Shown: piece by piece, positions 17,867-27,016 of the stretch
Layout: every line of letters begins with the position of its first letter
Numbering within the stretch: the stretch's first letter is position 1
Virus record (IMG/VR): IMGVR_UViG_3300024054_000549
Length of the DNA: 43,934 nucleotides
Reading direction: 5' to 3' (one strand)
Source: a virus
Taxonomy: Duplodnaviria > Heunggongvirae > Uroviricota > Caudoviricetes
Made by a program: the position numbers and the translations under genes
Notes under the pieces: model-generated
Told to the model about the DNA's origin: nothing
The model's database searches: none
What the model saw: only the letters and a program-made list of their open reading frames with translations

Positions 17867-18127
17867 TTATGACCAATTTAAAATTTTGTTAAAAGTTTCT
17901 GGGGATCTCTCTTTAAGTTTCATATAATAAACGTACTTAAAATAATAATCACCATCTGTTTGAGATAACAAAGGAATGTCATATTTTAAACCAGTGTCTG
18001 GATTTATCATATTGAAATATTTTGCATCTTCAGATATATTTGTTTCAGTTGGAATTTCTTTATTCTGAATCGGTTTAACAACTATCAATTCATTTACATA
18101 ATCTGTAATAAAGGTTCTAAATTTCAT
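17867..18127 (-). CDS. Hypothetical protein (86 aa)
   Basis: AAGGA RBS and an upstream late promoter; stop lies 2 nt before the AAA gene ATG. Confidence 0.7.
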   Translation of the reverse strand: MKFRTFITDYVNELIVVKPIQNKEIPTETNISEDAKYFNMINPDTGLKYDIPLLSQTDGDYYFKYVYYMKLKERSPETFNKILNWS

Positions 18128-18152
18128 AATCTTTTCCTTTTTTCATATTCAT

Positions 18153-18160
18153 TATTTATA
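18153..18160 (-). promoter_or_regulatory. T4-type late promoter TATAAATA
   Basis: Exact consensus, intergenic, upstream of the 86-aa/AAA/VWA unit. Confidence 0.75.
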
Positions 18161-18202
18161 TTCGAGTGACTGTAAAAACTGCATAATCTTTAATATAATT
18201 TA

Positions 18203-19510
18203 TTATATACCATAATTTTCTAAGAATTTTTTAAAAATAATAAAATCTTTTAATGAACTACCGTACAAATTATTTTTCATAATTACATTTACTAATAATT
18301 CATTATTTATTTTAGTTCTTTTAGCTAAATATTTGATTTGAGACATATCCAAGCGATATATATTATTCTTAAATATAATTTCAAAGTCTGAAAGATTTGG
18401 ATCGTAATGATATCTCGATCCCCATATCTTGTTTAATTTTCTGAATTCTTCCTCAGATATATACACCATTGCAGAATCTTTTACGTATTTAGGATCAAAG
18501 AACTCTGGATTCTGAATTATTTCTTCTTCCGTAAAAAATCTTTCGTTAGTAAAATCGATGGTTTCTGAATCTTTTAATTTTAATTCTTTAATTTCTTTAA
18601 GACTTATTTTTGTATTTTTAACCATTAAGCTAGGTGATAAGAAATCTTTGAACTTTATTATTTGCTCACGCGTGAGAAATTTTATTACATAATGTGGAAA
18701 ATTTCCATCGGGTGTATTGAATTTCCTTTGAAGATATTCATCTGGTAAAATAAGGTTTGGGTGTTCTTCAACGTATTTAAATAAATCTGTAAATTCAACA
18801 TTGTGAGAAGTATTTATCAAGAACTCTAAGAATCTAGATTCAGGAAAATCTTTAATTAGAACATAAACACCTTGAAAAGATTTTTTAGCATAATCTATTA
18901 CTTCTTCATCAGATTTAATGAATTTATGAACAAATTCACTTAAATTTTCTATCAAAATATTATGTCTAACTTGTTCATTTATTTTTAAGATTGTATCTAA
19001 GAACTTTTTTCCTTCTTCTTGACTTAATACGGTACTGTCAAGTTCACCAATTTTTACATTAGAACTCAAAGTTTTTAGAATACCTATAATTTTTTCTATA
19101 TTATTAGGTTTTAAGAACAATTCAAAGATTTTTTTATTAGCTACTGCCGTACTGATAAGTAAGAATATATTGACATCGTTTATACGAGTATAAAACATCT
19201 TAGATATTTCATAAATACTAATAAGAAAATCCTCCCATTGAGTCTCATTTGGTTTTGAGCTTGCTGAGCTTGATTTAATAACATTTTTAAGCACATTATT
19301 AAAAATGTTATCTTTGAAAATGTTTACACCGTATTTTCCTTTATAGATTTCAAAAATAGTTCCATAATTATTCATTATAAAATCTAGAATAAAATCAAAT
19401 TCAAAAGAATAATTAGATTTATCAGTACTGAAATCAAGTAAGATATCAGTCTGTAATAAACCTTTCCAGTCTTTTTTATTGATCAGATCTTGTTTTTCTT
19501 GTGTGTACAT
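18203..19510 (-). CDS. Paralogue array member 4 (435 aa, most divergent), unknown function
   Basis: Shares MxTQEKQDLIxKKDW and RFFTEEEIIQNPEFFDP with the three neighbouring genes. Confidence 0.85.
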   Translation of the reverse strand: MYTQEKQDLINKKDWKGLLQTDILLDFSTDKSNYSFEFDFILDFIMNNYGTIFEIYKGKYGVNIFKDNIFNNVLKNVIKSSSASSKPNETQWEDFLISIYEISKMFYTRINDVNIFLLISTAVANKKIFELFLKPNNIEKIIGILKTLSSNVKIGELDSTVLSQEEGKKFLDTILKINEQVRHNILIENLSEFVHKFIKSDEEVIDYAKKSFQGVYVLIKDFPESRFLEFLINTSHNVEFTDLFKYVEEHPNLILPDEYLQRKFNTPDGNFPHYVIKFLTREQIIKFKDFLSPSLMVKNTKISLKEIKELKLKDSETIDFTNERFFTEEEIIQNPEFFDPKYVKDSAMVYISEEEFRKLNKIWGSRYHYDPNLSDFEIIFKNNIYRLDMSQIKYLAKRTKINNELLVNVIMKNNLYGSSLKDFIIFKKFLENYGI

Positions 19511-19523
19511 GCAATTTCCTATA

Positions 19524-20816
19524 TTAATAGCTATTTATGAATTCTTTAATGAAATTAAAATTTTCTAATTTTGGATTTAAGTAACTACTAGATATTGCAT
19601 TAACTAACTCTGTATTGTTTATTCCTGTTTTCCTAATCAAATATCTTAAAATATCTATAGAAAAATATTGTAAACTTGCTAAACTTTCAAACAATGATGA
19701 AAATTTAGATAAATTATTGTCGTATTTCTGTTTTTTGCCCCAAGTTTTATTTAACAGTGCAAATGTACTCTCTGAAATATATAGATGACCAACATTTTTA
19801 ACAGATTCTGGATCAAAGAACGCTGGATTCTGAATTATTTCTTCTTCGGTAAAGAATCTAATTTTAGATACATCAAAGAATTCGACAGATTTGAATTCTT
19901 TAACCTTATCTAATGGGATTCTTTTATTAAACACCATTCCGTATATATCTATTTGATTCTTATATTTTTCAGTTTGTTCTAAAGTTAGAATAGAAGCAAA
20001 ATTATTTAGTTTATTTTCTTCAAATATAGTTTTAACTAAATCATCAGGAAGAATCATATCTCTGTGAGATTTTACATAAAGAAGTACATCAGTAGATTCA
20101 ATAATTTTTAGATTTTTTCTAATAAAACTAATAAATCTATCTTCTGAAAATGTTTTGATAGCATTCTCCAAAGGAATATTTCCTTTGTTAAAGAATGAAA
20201 CAAGTTCATCATCTGTTTTAAACTCTTTTAGCAGTCTATTAATAGTTTTATCATCAAAATAAAATTCAATCGTGTGAAAGCTTCTATTATTCTTATAGAT
20301 AGTTTCGAATGCATCAAAAAGAGCTATAAAATCGTTAACAGATGAGCCTTCAGAATTAAAAGAATTAAAAGTTATAGATCTTTTCACTACCTGAAATAAT
20401 TCATAGAATTCAGGATTTTTACAATTAATTATGAACTTAATATACTCGGAATTTTTATTTTCATTATCAAGGAATGTATTAATATCTAAAGAAGATATAT
20501 CATTTGCTTTATTCTTTTTAATTTTAAAAAATTCATTAACGATTAATCCCCATTGATTGGCAGTTATATTAAGATTTAATTCTTTAGCTCTGAAGAACAT
20601 ATTTTTAGATATATACCGAAAACTCACCGTTTTATTAGTTGTAGATTTAATTTCATTAAATCTTTTTAGAACGAATTCATATATAAAATCAAAATCAAAA
20701 ACGTATTTTCTGAATTCTGAATTGTTATGATCGTTTAATTCGTCTAAGATATCCGTTCGTAATAAACTCTTCCAGTCTTTTTTATTGATCAGATCTTGTT
20801 TTTCTTGTGTGAACAT
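19524..20816 (-). CDS. Paralogue array member 3 (430 aa), unknown function
   Basis: Same N- and C-terminal signature blocks; AGGA RBS. Confidence 0.85.
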   Translation of the reverse strand: MFTQEKQDLINKKDWKSLLRTDILDELNDHNNSEFRKYVFDFDFIYEFVLKRFNEIKSTTNKTVSFRYISKNMFFRAKELNLNITANQWGLIVNEFFKIKKNKANDISSLDINTFLDNENKNSEYIKFIINCKNPEFYELFQVVKRSITFNSFNSEGSSVNDFIALFDAFETIYKNNRSFHTIEFYFDDKTINRLLKEFKTDDELVSFFNKGNIPLENAIKTFSEDRFISFIRKNLKIIESTDVLLYVKSHRDMILPDDLVKTIFEENKLNNFASILTLEQTEKYKNQIDIYGMVFNKRIPLDKVKEFKSVEFFDVSKIRFFTEEEIIQNPAFFDPESVKNVGHLYISESTFALLNKTWGKKQKYDNNLSKFSSLFESLASLQYFSIDILRYLIRKTGINNTELVNAISSSYLNPKLENFNFIKEFINSY

Positions 20817-20829
20817 GTGTTTTCCTATA

Positions 20830-22116
20830 TTAATAGCTATTTATGAATTCTTTAATGAAATTAAAATCTTCATGATTTTTACTAGTGGGTCTGATTCGTC
20901 TACTTATTATTTCTTTAACTACCCTATCATTACTAGCACCTGTTTTTTTAACGATGTATCTTAAATCGTCGAATAAAAAGTATTTCAATCTTACAAGATT
21001 ATTACATAATGTTGTGAAATCTGACAAATCATTTTCATATTTCTGTTTTTTGCTCCAAGTTTTATTTAACAGTTTAAATGTACTCTCTGAAACATATAGA
21101 TAACCAACCTTTTTAACAGATTCTGGATCAAAAAATTCTGGATTCTGAATTATTTCTTCTTCTGTGAAAAATCTAATTTTAGATGCATCAAAAAATTCAA
21201 CAGATTTGAATTCTTTAACCTTATCTAATGGAATTCTTTTATTAAATAACATAGCCTCCAATGACAGTAAATCTTTATATCTTTCAATTTGTTCTAAAGT
21301 TAGAACAGTAGCAAAATAATATAATTTTCCAGTGTCAACTATAGTTTTAACTAAATCATCGGGAAGAATCATATCGCTATGAATTTTTATGTACTGATTT
21401 ATATTGTTTATGTTAATTATATCTAGGTTTTTTCTAATAAAACTAATGAATCTATTTTCTGAGAATAAATTAATTGCATTATGTAAAGGTACATTTATTT
21501 TTTCAAAGAACGAAATGAGATCATCGTCTGTTTTAATTTCATTTATTAATTTTTCAATAGTTTCATCATCAAAACCAAAATTAACTAAGTAATAGCTTTC
21601 ATTTTTGTAAATCTTATTGAATTTATCTGCAAGTTCTATGATATCATTAGCAGATAAATCATTTACATTAGAAGAATCAATAATTATAGTTGATTGATAT
21701 TCACGGTATAATTTGTCAAGTTCAGGATTATCATAATTAATTAGGAACTTAATAAATTCAGAATTCTTATTGCCTGTATCAAGAAATACGCCGTTATTTA
21801 TCAAAAAACTGTTATTATTGTTCTTTTTGATTTCAATGAACTCATTGATGATTAATTCCCATTGATTAGCAGTTATGTTAAGTTTTAATTCTTTAGCTCT
21901 GACGAACATATTTCTGAATAGACTATCAATATTTATTTTGTAATTTGCTGTAATTGCATTTTCATGAAATCTTTTTAGAACGAATTCATACATAAAATCA
22001 AAATTAAAAACGTATCTTCCTGTATCATTAATTTCAAAGTCAGGTAAGATATCAGTTTGTAATAAACCATCCCAGTCTTTTTTGTCGATCAGATCTTGTT
22101 TTTCTTGAGTGAACAT
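20830..22116 (-). CDS. Paralogue array member 2 (428 aa), unknown function
   Basis: Same signature blocks; AGGGA RBS. Confidence 0.85.
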   Translation of the reverse strand: MFTQEKQDLIDKKDWDGLLQTDILPDFEINDTGRYVFNFDFMYEFVLKRFHENAITANYKINIDSLFRNMFVRAKELKLNITANQWELIINEFIEIKKNNNNSFLINNGVFLDTGNKNSEFIKFLINYDNPELDKLYREYQSTIIIDSSNVNDLSANDIIELADKFNKIYKNESYYLVNFGFDDETIEKLINEIKTDDDLISFFEKINVPLHNAINLFSENRFISFIRKNLDIININNINQYIKIHSDMILPDDLVKTIVDTGKLYYFATVLTLEQIERYKDLLSLEAMLFNKRIPLDKVKEFKSVEFFDASKIRFFTEEEIIQNPEFFDPESVKKVGYLYVSESTFKLLNKTWSKKQKYENDLSDFTTLCNNLVRLKYFLFDDLRYIVKKTGASNDRVVKEIISRRIRPTSKNHEDFNFIKEFINSY

Positions 22117-22125
22117 TGGGTTTCC

Positions 22126-23418
22126 CTATATTGTGTAACTATTTATGAATTCTTTAATGAAACCAAAATTTTCATAATCTTTGTTAGTAAACTTAGTATA
22201 AGAGTTAATTATTTCTTTAACTACTATATCATTACTAGCACCCGTTTTCTTAACTATGTATCTTAAACTGTCTATTGAAAAATATTTTATGATTGAAAGA
22301 TTATTGTATAACGATAAAAAATCAGTTAATTTAGTTTCATATTTCTGTCTTTTGCCCCAAGTTTTATTTAATAGTTTAAATGTACTCTCTGAAACGTATA
22401 GATAACCAACCTTTTTAACAGATTCTGGATCAAAGAATTCTGGATTCTGAATTATTTCTTCTTCGGTAAAGAATCTAATTTTAGATGCATCAAATTGTTT
22501 AATAGATTTTAATTCTTTAACCTTATCTAATGGTATTTTTTTATTAAATATCATCAAATCTGTTGGTATTCGATCTTTATGTTTTTCAATTTGTTCTAAA
22601 GTTAGAACAGGAGCAAAATAATATAATTTTCCTGTTTCAACTATATCTTTAACTAAGTCATCTGGAAAAATCATATCTTTATGAGTTTTAACATAATGTG
22701 ATACATTAGATAAGGTAATTTTATCTAAATTATTTCTAATAAAACTAATGAATCTATCTTCTGAAAATAATTTAAATACACTATATAAAGGAGTATTTGA
22801 TTTCTTAAAGAATGAAATTATCTCTTCATCTGTTTTAATTTCATTCAATAGTTTTTCAATAATTTCATCATTAAAACTAAATTTAACTTTGAAATAATTT
22901 TCAGTTTTGTAAATGTTATCGAATTTATCTACAAGTTTTACAATATCATTAACAGATATGCCATCTATATTAAAAGAATTAAGAGTAATATCTGATTGAT
23001 ATCCACGGTATAGTTTATTAAGTTCAGGATTATCACAATTAATTAGGAACTTAATAAACCCAGAATTCTTATCTTTTGTGTTAAGAAATACACCATTACT
23101 TATTGAAAAATTTAACGTATCGTTCTTTTTAATCTCAATGAACTCAACGATGATTAATTCCCATTGATCAGCAGTTATATTAAGATTTAATTCTTTAGCT
23201 CTTACAAAAGTATTTACGAATAACATGTTAACATTTATTTTGTAATGTAATTTAACTATATTTTCATTAAATCTTTTTAGAACGAATTCATATATAAAAT
23301 CAAAATCAAAAACGTATTTTTTCGTGTCATTAATTTCAAAGTCAGATAAGATATCAGTCTTTATTAAACTGTCCCAGTCTTTGTTGTTGATCAGATTTTG
23401 TTTTTCTTGTGTGAACAT
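22126..23418 (-). CDS. Paralogue array member 1 (430 aa), unknown function
   Basis: Same signature blocks; first gene after a late promoter. Confidence 0.85.
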   Translation of the reverse strand: MFTQEKQNLINNKDWDSLIKTDILSDFEINDTKKYVFDFDFIYEFVLKRFNENIVKLHYKINVNMLFVNTFVRAKELNLNITADQWELIIVEFIEIKKNDTLNFSISNGVFLNTKDKNSGFIKFLINCDNPELNKLYRGYQSDITLNSFNIDGISVNDIVKLVDKFDNIYKTENYFKVKFSFNDEIIEKLLNEIKTDEEIISFFKKSNTPLYSVFKLFSEDRFISFIRNNLDKITLSNVSHYVKTHKDMIFPDDLVKDIVETGKLYYFAPVLTLEQIEKHKDRIPTDLMIFNKKIPLDKVKELKSIKQFDASKIRFFTEEEIIQNPEFFDPESVKKVGYLYVSESTFKLLNKTWGKRQKYETKLTDFLSLYNNLSIIKYFSIDSLRYIVKKTGASNDIVVKEIINSYTKFTNKDYENFGFIKEFINSYTI

Positions 23419-23439
23419 GTGATTCCTAAAATTTTTAAC

Positions 23440-23447
23440 TATTTATA
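23440..23447 (-). promoter_or_regulatory. T4-type late promoter TATAAATA
   Basis: Exact consensus about 22 nt upstream of the first paralogue ATG. Confidence 0.75.
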
Positions 23448-23499
23448 TTGATCTAGAGAGAAAATACACGATTTTAGTTAAGCAACAGATACTATAAAC

Positions 23500-23530
23500 A
23501 AAAAAATGATAGCCTTTTAAGGGGCTATCA
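23500..23530 (-). terminator. Intrinsic terminator after Hsp20
   Basis: TGATAGCC-8 nt-GGCTATCA hairpin followed by a T run on the minus strand. Confidence 0.8.
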
Positions 23531-23570
23531 AATTCTAGTGAATTCTAGTAAATTCTAATGAATTCTAGTG
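23531..23570. repeat. Four tandem 10-bp repeats (AATTCTAGTG consensus)
   Basis: aattctagtg aattctagta aattctaatg aattctagtg read directly from the sequence. Confidence 0.85.
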
Positions 23571-23572
23571 AA

Positions 23573-23962
23573 TTACTGAATAGATATTAACTTTTTAAGT
23601 TGTTCTTTTGGCTGAACTGTAATGCTCAGAATTCCATCAGTCATCGATGCATTAACATCTCCGCCAACAAAATTCTCCTGCATAGCGATTATCCGCTCGA
23701 ATGTATTTGAGCTTATATGCCTTTGCATCCATTCAATATCAGATTCTTGAACATCTTTTACCTTATTTCCTCTAATATGTAACTGATTACCCTTCATCTC
23801 TAATTCGATATCATCTTTACTAAATCCCGCAACCGCGATTGCAACATGCAGAACACCGTTTTTGTCGATGCCTAAATCAGTTAAAGGATATCGAGTAATC
23901 TTATGCTCAAAGTTTGGTTTTAGGAACCATTCTAAATCTCTTAGTGCTAGTGAGTTTAACAT
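23573..23962 (-). CDS. Small heat-shock protein (Hsp20/alpha-crystallin)
   Basis: YPLTD, IAVAGFSKDDI, RHISSNTFER and MTDGILSI. Start moved to ATG 23962, which has a strong AGGAGA RBS. Confidence 0.92.
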   Translation of the reverse strand: MLNSLALRDLEWFLKPNFEHKITRYPLTDLGIDKNGVLHVAIAVAGFSKDDIELEMKGNQLHIRGNKVKDVQESDIEWMQRHISSNTFERIIAMQENFVGGDVNASMTDGILSITVQPKEQLKKLISIQ

Positions 23963-24020
23963 TTTTTCTCCTTGGTCATCTCGACCTAAATAATGATGCA
24001 CACCTTGTACACCATAAAAT

Positions 24021-24028
24021 TATTTATA
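24021..24028 (-). promoter_or_regulatory. T4-type late promoter TATAAATA for Hsp20; a divergent one-mismatch copy AATAAATA at 24043-24050 (+) may drive terminase
   Basis: Exact consensus in the divergent intergenic region. Confidence 0.65.
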
Positions 24029-24080
24029 TCGGTTAACTCGATAATAAATAGTTCTTGTACAGATATGCGAATTAACTAAC

Positions 24081-25934
24081 ATGCAAAAAACTTTAGATAT
24101 ACGAACAATTTTCACAGATAAGATAATTCAAGATCTTAGAATGAATAAAAGCAAAATTTCATCTGATCTTTTGACAGCTCTAAGATCTCATGATAAAGAA
24201 GGTAAACAGATAGCTCTTGATATACTTGATCTAAATAAGGATCACGAGCAGTACTATTTAGATGCATTCAATAATAGAATTTCTTTCAATGGAAATAGAA
24301 GATTAAAGAAAGCTTACACTAAGTTAGAACTTTCAGAAATTCATAAAGAAGAAATATTCAAATGTGCTTCTGATATTCATTATTTCAAAGATAATTATGT
24401 CAAGATAAAAACAAAGGAAGGCATAAATTTCCCAGATTTAAGACCTTATCAAGATGATTTTATTAACAGAATAATCCCAGACAAATTCGAGGATAATATT
24501 GGTTTGATGCCACGACAATCCGGAAAAAGTATAAGTACAGCGATATATTTAGCTCATTGTTTTATATTCAAAAAAGATATTAACATAGGCATTGTCGGGA
24601 ATAAAGGTAAACAAGCTATCGAATTTCTTAATAATACTAAGAACATTCTAATTGAGTTACCAATATGGCTACAGATGGGCGTTTCAGTCTGGAATAAAGG
24701 TTCAATTGAAGGTGAGAATTCCATGAGAATTCTAACAGATGTTCCAACATCTGATGCTTTTAGAGGATTTACAATAGCTATTTTGATAATTGATGAATGT
24801 GCATTCATTAAACCAACAATTTGGGAAGAATTTTCAGATTCTATTTTTCCATCACAATCAGGTTTATCTTGGAAGAAAAATATCATTCTTAGTACTGCAA
24901 ATGGCATGAATCATTTTTATAAAATGGTTAAGGATGCTAAGGATGGGCTAAATGGAGCAAATCTCATAGAGGTGGACTGGAAAGATGTTCCAAGATATAG
25001 AGCAGATGGAACATTAATTTCACCAGAAGATTTTATGAATTCTGTTATCAGAAAACACGGTTCTGTTTATTTCAGTCAGAACTATGGGAATAATTTTATA
25101 GGATCTTCACATACACTAGTTAGTGCTGAAAAACTTTCTGAACTTTCTGAAGCGAAAAGGTCAGAGATTCAGCACATAAGGGATGGAAAACTAAAAATCT
25201 ATATAGAACCAGAAAAAAATCACAAATATATCATAGCTGTAGACCCAGCTAAAGATGGAAGAGATGCTTTTGCCGTTCAGATAGTTGATATAACTTCTTT
25301 TACCTTCGTTCAAGTTGCTTCGGCAGAACTTCAAATCGACTATTTGCTCATGCCAGAATTTATAGATGATTGGGGTAAGTACTATAATAATGCTTATCTA
25401 ATTATTGAAAATAATGAGGGTGCTGGTCAATCTATTGCTGATCAAATGTATCAGATATATGAATACGAGAATCTTCATTTTGATTCTAAAATTGATTCAA
25501 ATTCTAAAAATACTGTAAAATCTAGAAAAACTTATCCTGGATTTAGGACTACATCAAAAACCCGAAAACAAATTATTCAAACTATGAAACTATTCGTGGA
25601 GAATAATAGATTAGTTATTTATGATGAACGAACAATTAGTCAGCTCGAACGATTTATTTTGATAGATAATAAGTACCAAGCAGATAACGGTGCAAAGGAT
25701 GATATGGTTCTAGCATTAGCTATAATTTTTGTGCCATTCATCAATATCAAGAACTTCGAAGATATGAGATCTCTGGTTAAGGAATTGTACAAAAATGAAC
25801 CTCAAGAAGAAGAATTAAAATTCTCCGATATGCTATTACTTGGAAACTTCGATGACTTTACAGATGAAGAATACAATATTCCTAAACGAGAATATGAAGA
25901 ATCATTTGGAATTTATTACAACGATTTTGAGTAA
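24081..25934 (+). CDS. Terminase large subunit (T4 gp17-like)
   Basis: Walker A PRQSGKS, Walker B IIDECAFI, STANG, nuclease VDPAKDG and DDMVLAL; 617 aa. Confidence 0.95.
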   Translation: MQKTLDIRTIFTDKIIQDLRMNKSKISSDLLTALRSHDKEGKQIALDILDLNKDHEQYYLDAFNNRISFNGNRRLKKAYTKLELSEIHKEEIFKCASDIHYFKDNYVKIKTKEGINFPDLRPYQDDFINRIIPDKFEDNIGLMPRQSGKSISTAIYLAHCFIFKKDINIGIVGNKGKQAIEFLNNTKNILIELPIWLQMGVSVWNKGSIEGENSMRILTDVPTSDAFRGFTIAILIIDECAFIKPTIWEEFSDSIFPSQSGLSWKKNIILSTANGMNHFYKMVKDAKDGLNGANLIEVDWKDVPRYRADGTLISPEDFMNSVIRKHGSVYFSQNYGNNFIGSSHTLVSAEKLSELSEAKRSEIQHIRDGKLKIYIEPEKNHKYIIAVDPAKDGRDAFAVQIVDITSFTFVQVASAELQIDYLLMPEFIDDWGKYYNNAYLIIENNEGAGQSIADQMYQIYEYENLHFDSKIDSNSKNTVKSRKTYPGFRTTSKTRKQIIQTMKLFVENNRLVIYDERTISQLERFILIDNKYQADNGAKDDMVLALAIIFVPFINIKNFEDMRSLVKELYKNEPQEEELKFSDMLLLGNFDDFTDEEYNIPKREYEESFGIYYNDFE

Positions 25935-26149
25935 AAAAATTCCTTAATATACTTCAAATAATAGAAATTGATAACAAGAATACTGAGATATTCATCTTCT
26001 AATAATTTAATATCTTCGTTTTTTAATCTATATGAATCAATTATTTTCCAACCAACCCATTTGGGATATTCTTTTCTAGAAATTCCAAGATAGTTGTTAA
26101 ATAACTTATCTCTATTAGCTATGTTTTCTTCGTAGTAATTATAGAACAA
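25916..26149 (-). CDS. Possible small hypothetical protein (77 aa)
   Basis: Fills the gap between the terminase and the next gene. TTG start, no clear RBS, and overlaps the terminase 3' end. Confidence 0.4.
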   Translation of the reverse strand: MFYNYYEENIANRDKLFNNYLGISRKEYPKWVGWKIIDSYRLKNEDIKLLEDEYLSILVINFYYLKYIKEFFYSKSL

Positions 26150-26166
26150 ATTGAATCTTTCTTGAA

Positions 26167-26703
26167 TTAACCAGTTTGACGGCGCTTTTTAACGAAGTGC
26201 TTACCTGATTTTATTGCTTCTCTTCTAGATTTTTGATAAGCTGATATTTTTTGCTTGTTAGCTCTATAATATCTTTTTCTAGCTTGTCTAGTTTGTCTAT
26301 TTTTTCTTTTTCTAGCTGCTGCTGTGCGACGCATTGTAGCTCTAGAATTAGACATGAACTTACGCCGTTTTCGATTTCTGTTAGCAGATAGCATCCGTCT
26401 ATTAACACCTTCTTGAACCTCATACTCAGATTCATCTTCAGGTGTTTCTGGATCATCTTGCTCTTCTTGAAGTAATTCTAAGATTATTTCAAGAGTTTCA
26501 GGATCAAGAGCTGATAACATTTCTTGAACATCTGATAGTGCAAATACTTCAAATTCATCTGGATTTTCTTCCTCGGTATCGAAGAATTCATAATAGATAA
26601 CATATCCGAACTCATCAATTTCATCATCTGACAATTCGGAAAGTAAAGCATTTATCGAAGCAAGAATATCATCTTCGAAAAGAAAATCTTTAAAAGAAAT
26701 CAT
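26167..26703 (-). CDS. Putative prohead core/internal head protein with acidic N-half and basic C-half
   Basis: Very D/E-rich first ~98 aa, then an R/K-rich tail. GGAG RBS, upstream late promoter and MISFKDFLFE start. Confidence 0.6.
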   Translation of the reverse strand: MISFKDFLFEDDILASINALLSELSDDEIDEFGYVIYYEFFDTEEENPDEFEVFALSDVQEMLSALDPETLEIILELLQEEQDDPETPEDESEYEVQEGVNRRMLSANRNRKRRKFMSNSRATMRRTAAARKRKNRQTRQARKRYYRANKQKISAYQKSRREAIKSGKHFVKKRRQTG

Positions 26704-26726
26704 TTTTAAACTCCAGTTATAAAAAT

Positions 26727-26734
26727 TATTTATA
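26727..26734 (-). promoter_or_regulatory. T4-type late promoter TATAAATA
   Basis: Exact consensus about 24 nt upstream of the ATG at 26703. Confidence 0.75.
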
Positions 26735-26785
26735 TAGATTAGAATTTTTAGATGAGAAAAAATCGAACTGAGATTATAGGTTAGA

Positions 26786-26885
26786 TCAAATTGTGTTGAA
26801 ATTGTGATCTGAAATTATTATTGTTCAAATTGTGTTGAAATTGTGATTTGAAATTACTATGGTTGAAATCGTGATTCAAATCAAA
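26786..26885. repeat. Intergenic direct repeats: two 39-bp units (36/39 identical) built of T(G/C)AAAT-core 10-mers
   Basis: Units at 26786-26824 and 26825-26863; core copies start at 26786, 26797, 26810, 26825, 26836, 26849, 26864 and 26876. Confidence 0.85.
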
Positions 26886-26965
26886 ATAAACAAAAATGCT
26901 GATCTTTGTATATAAAAACAGGGCATTTTACGTTTAAGCTGAAAAAATCATTTTGAGAATCTTAA

Positions 26966-26994
26966 CGAAAAAAAACACCCAGAATTGGGTGTTT
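26966..26994 (-). terminator. Intrinsic terminator ending the nrd unit
   Basis: AAACACCCA-gaat-TGGGTGTTT 9-bp stem with a T run on the minus strand. Confidence 0.85.
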
Positions 26995-27016
26995 GTTCAG
27001 TTCGATTGAATAAAAT

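Noticed and set aside
17864-17871. CATAAATA immediately before the AAA start as an extra late promoter
   Set aside because: It is a one-mismatch copy made of the upstream stop codon; translational coupling explains it equally well.
1620-26885. Repeat tracts (1620-1935, 13585-13975, 23531-23570, 26786-26885) as possible CRISPR arrays
   Set aside because: None has constant repeats separated by unique spacers; two are in-frame coding repeats. The Cas4-like gene is stand-alone.
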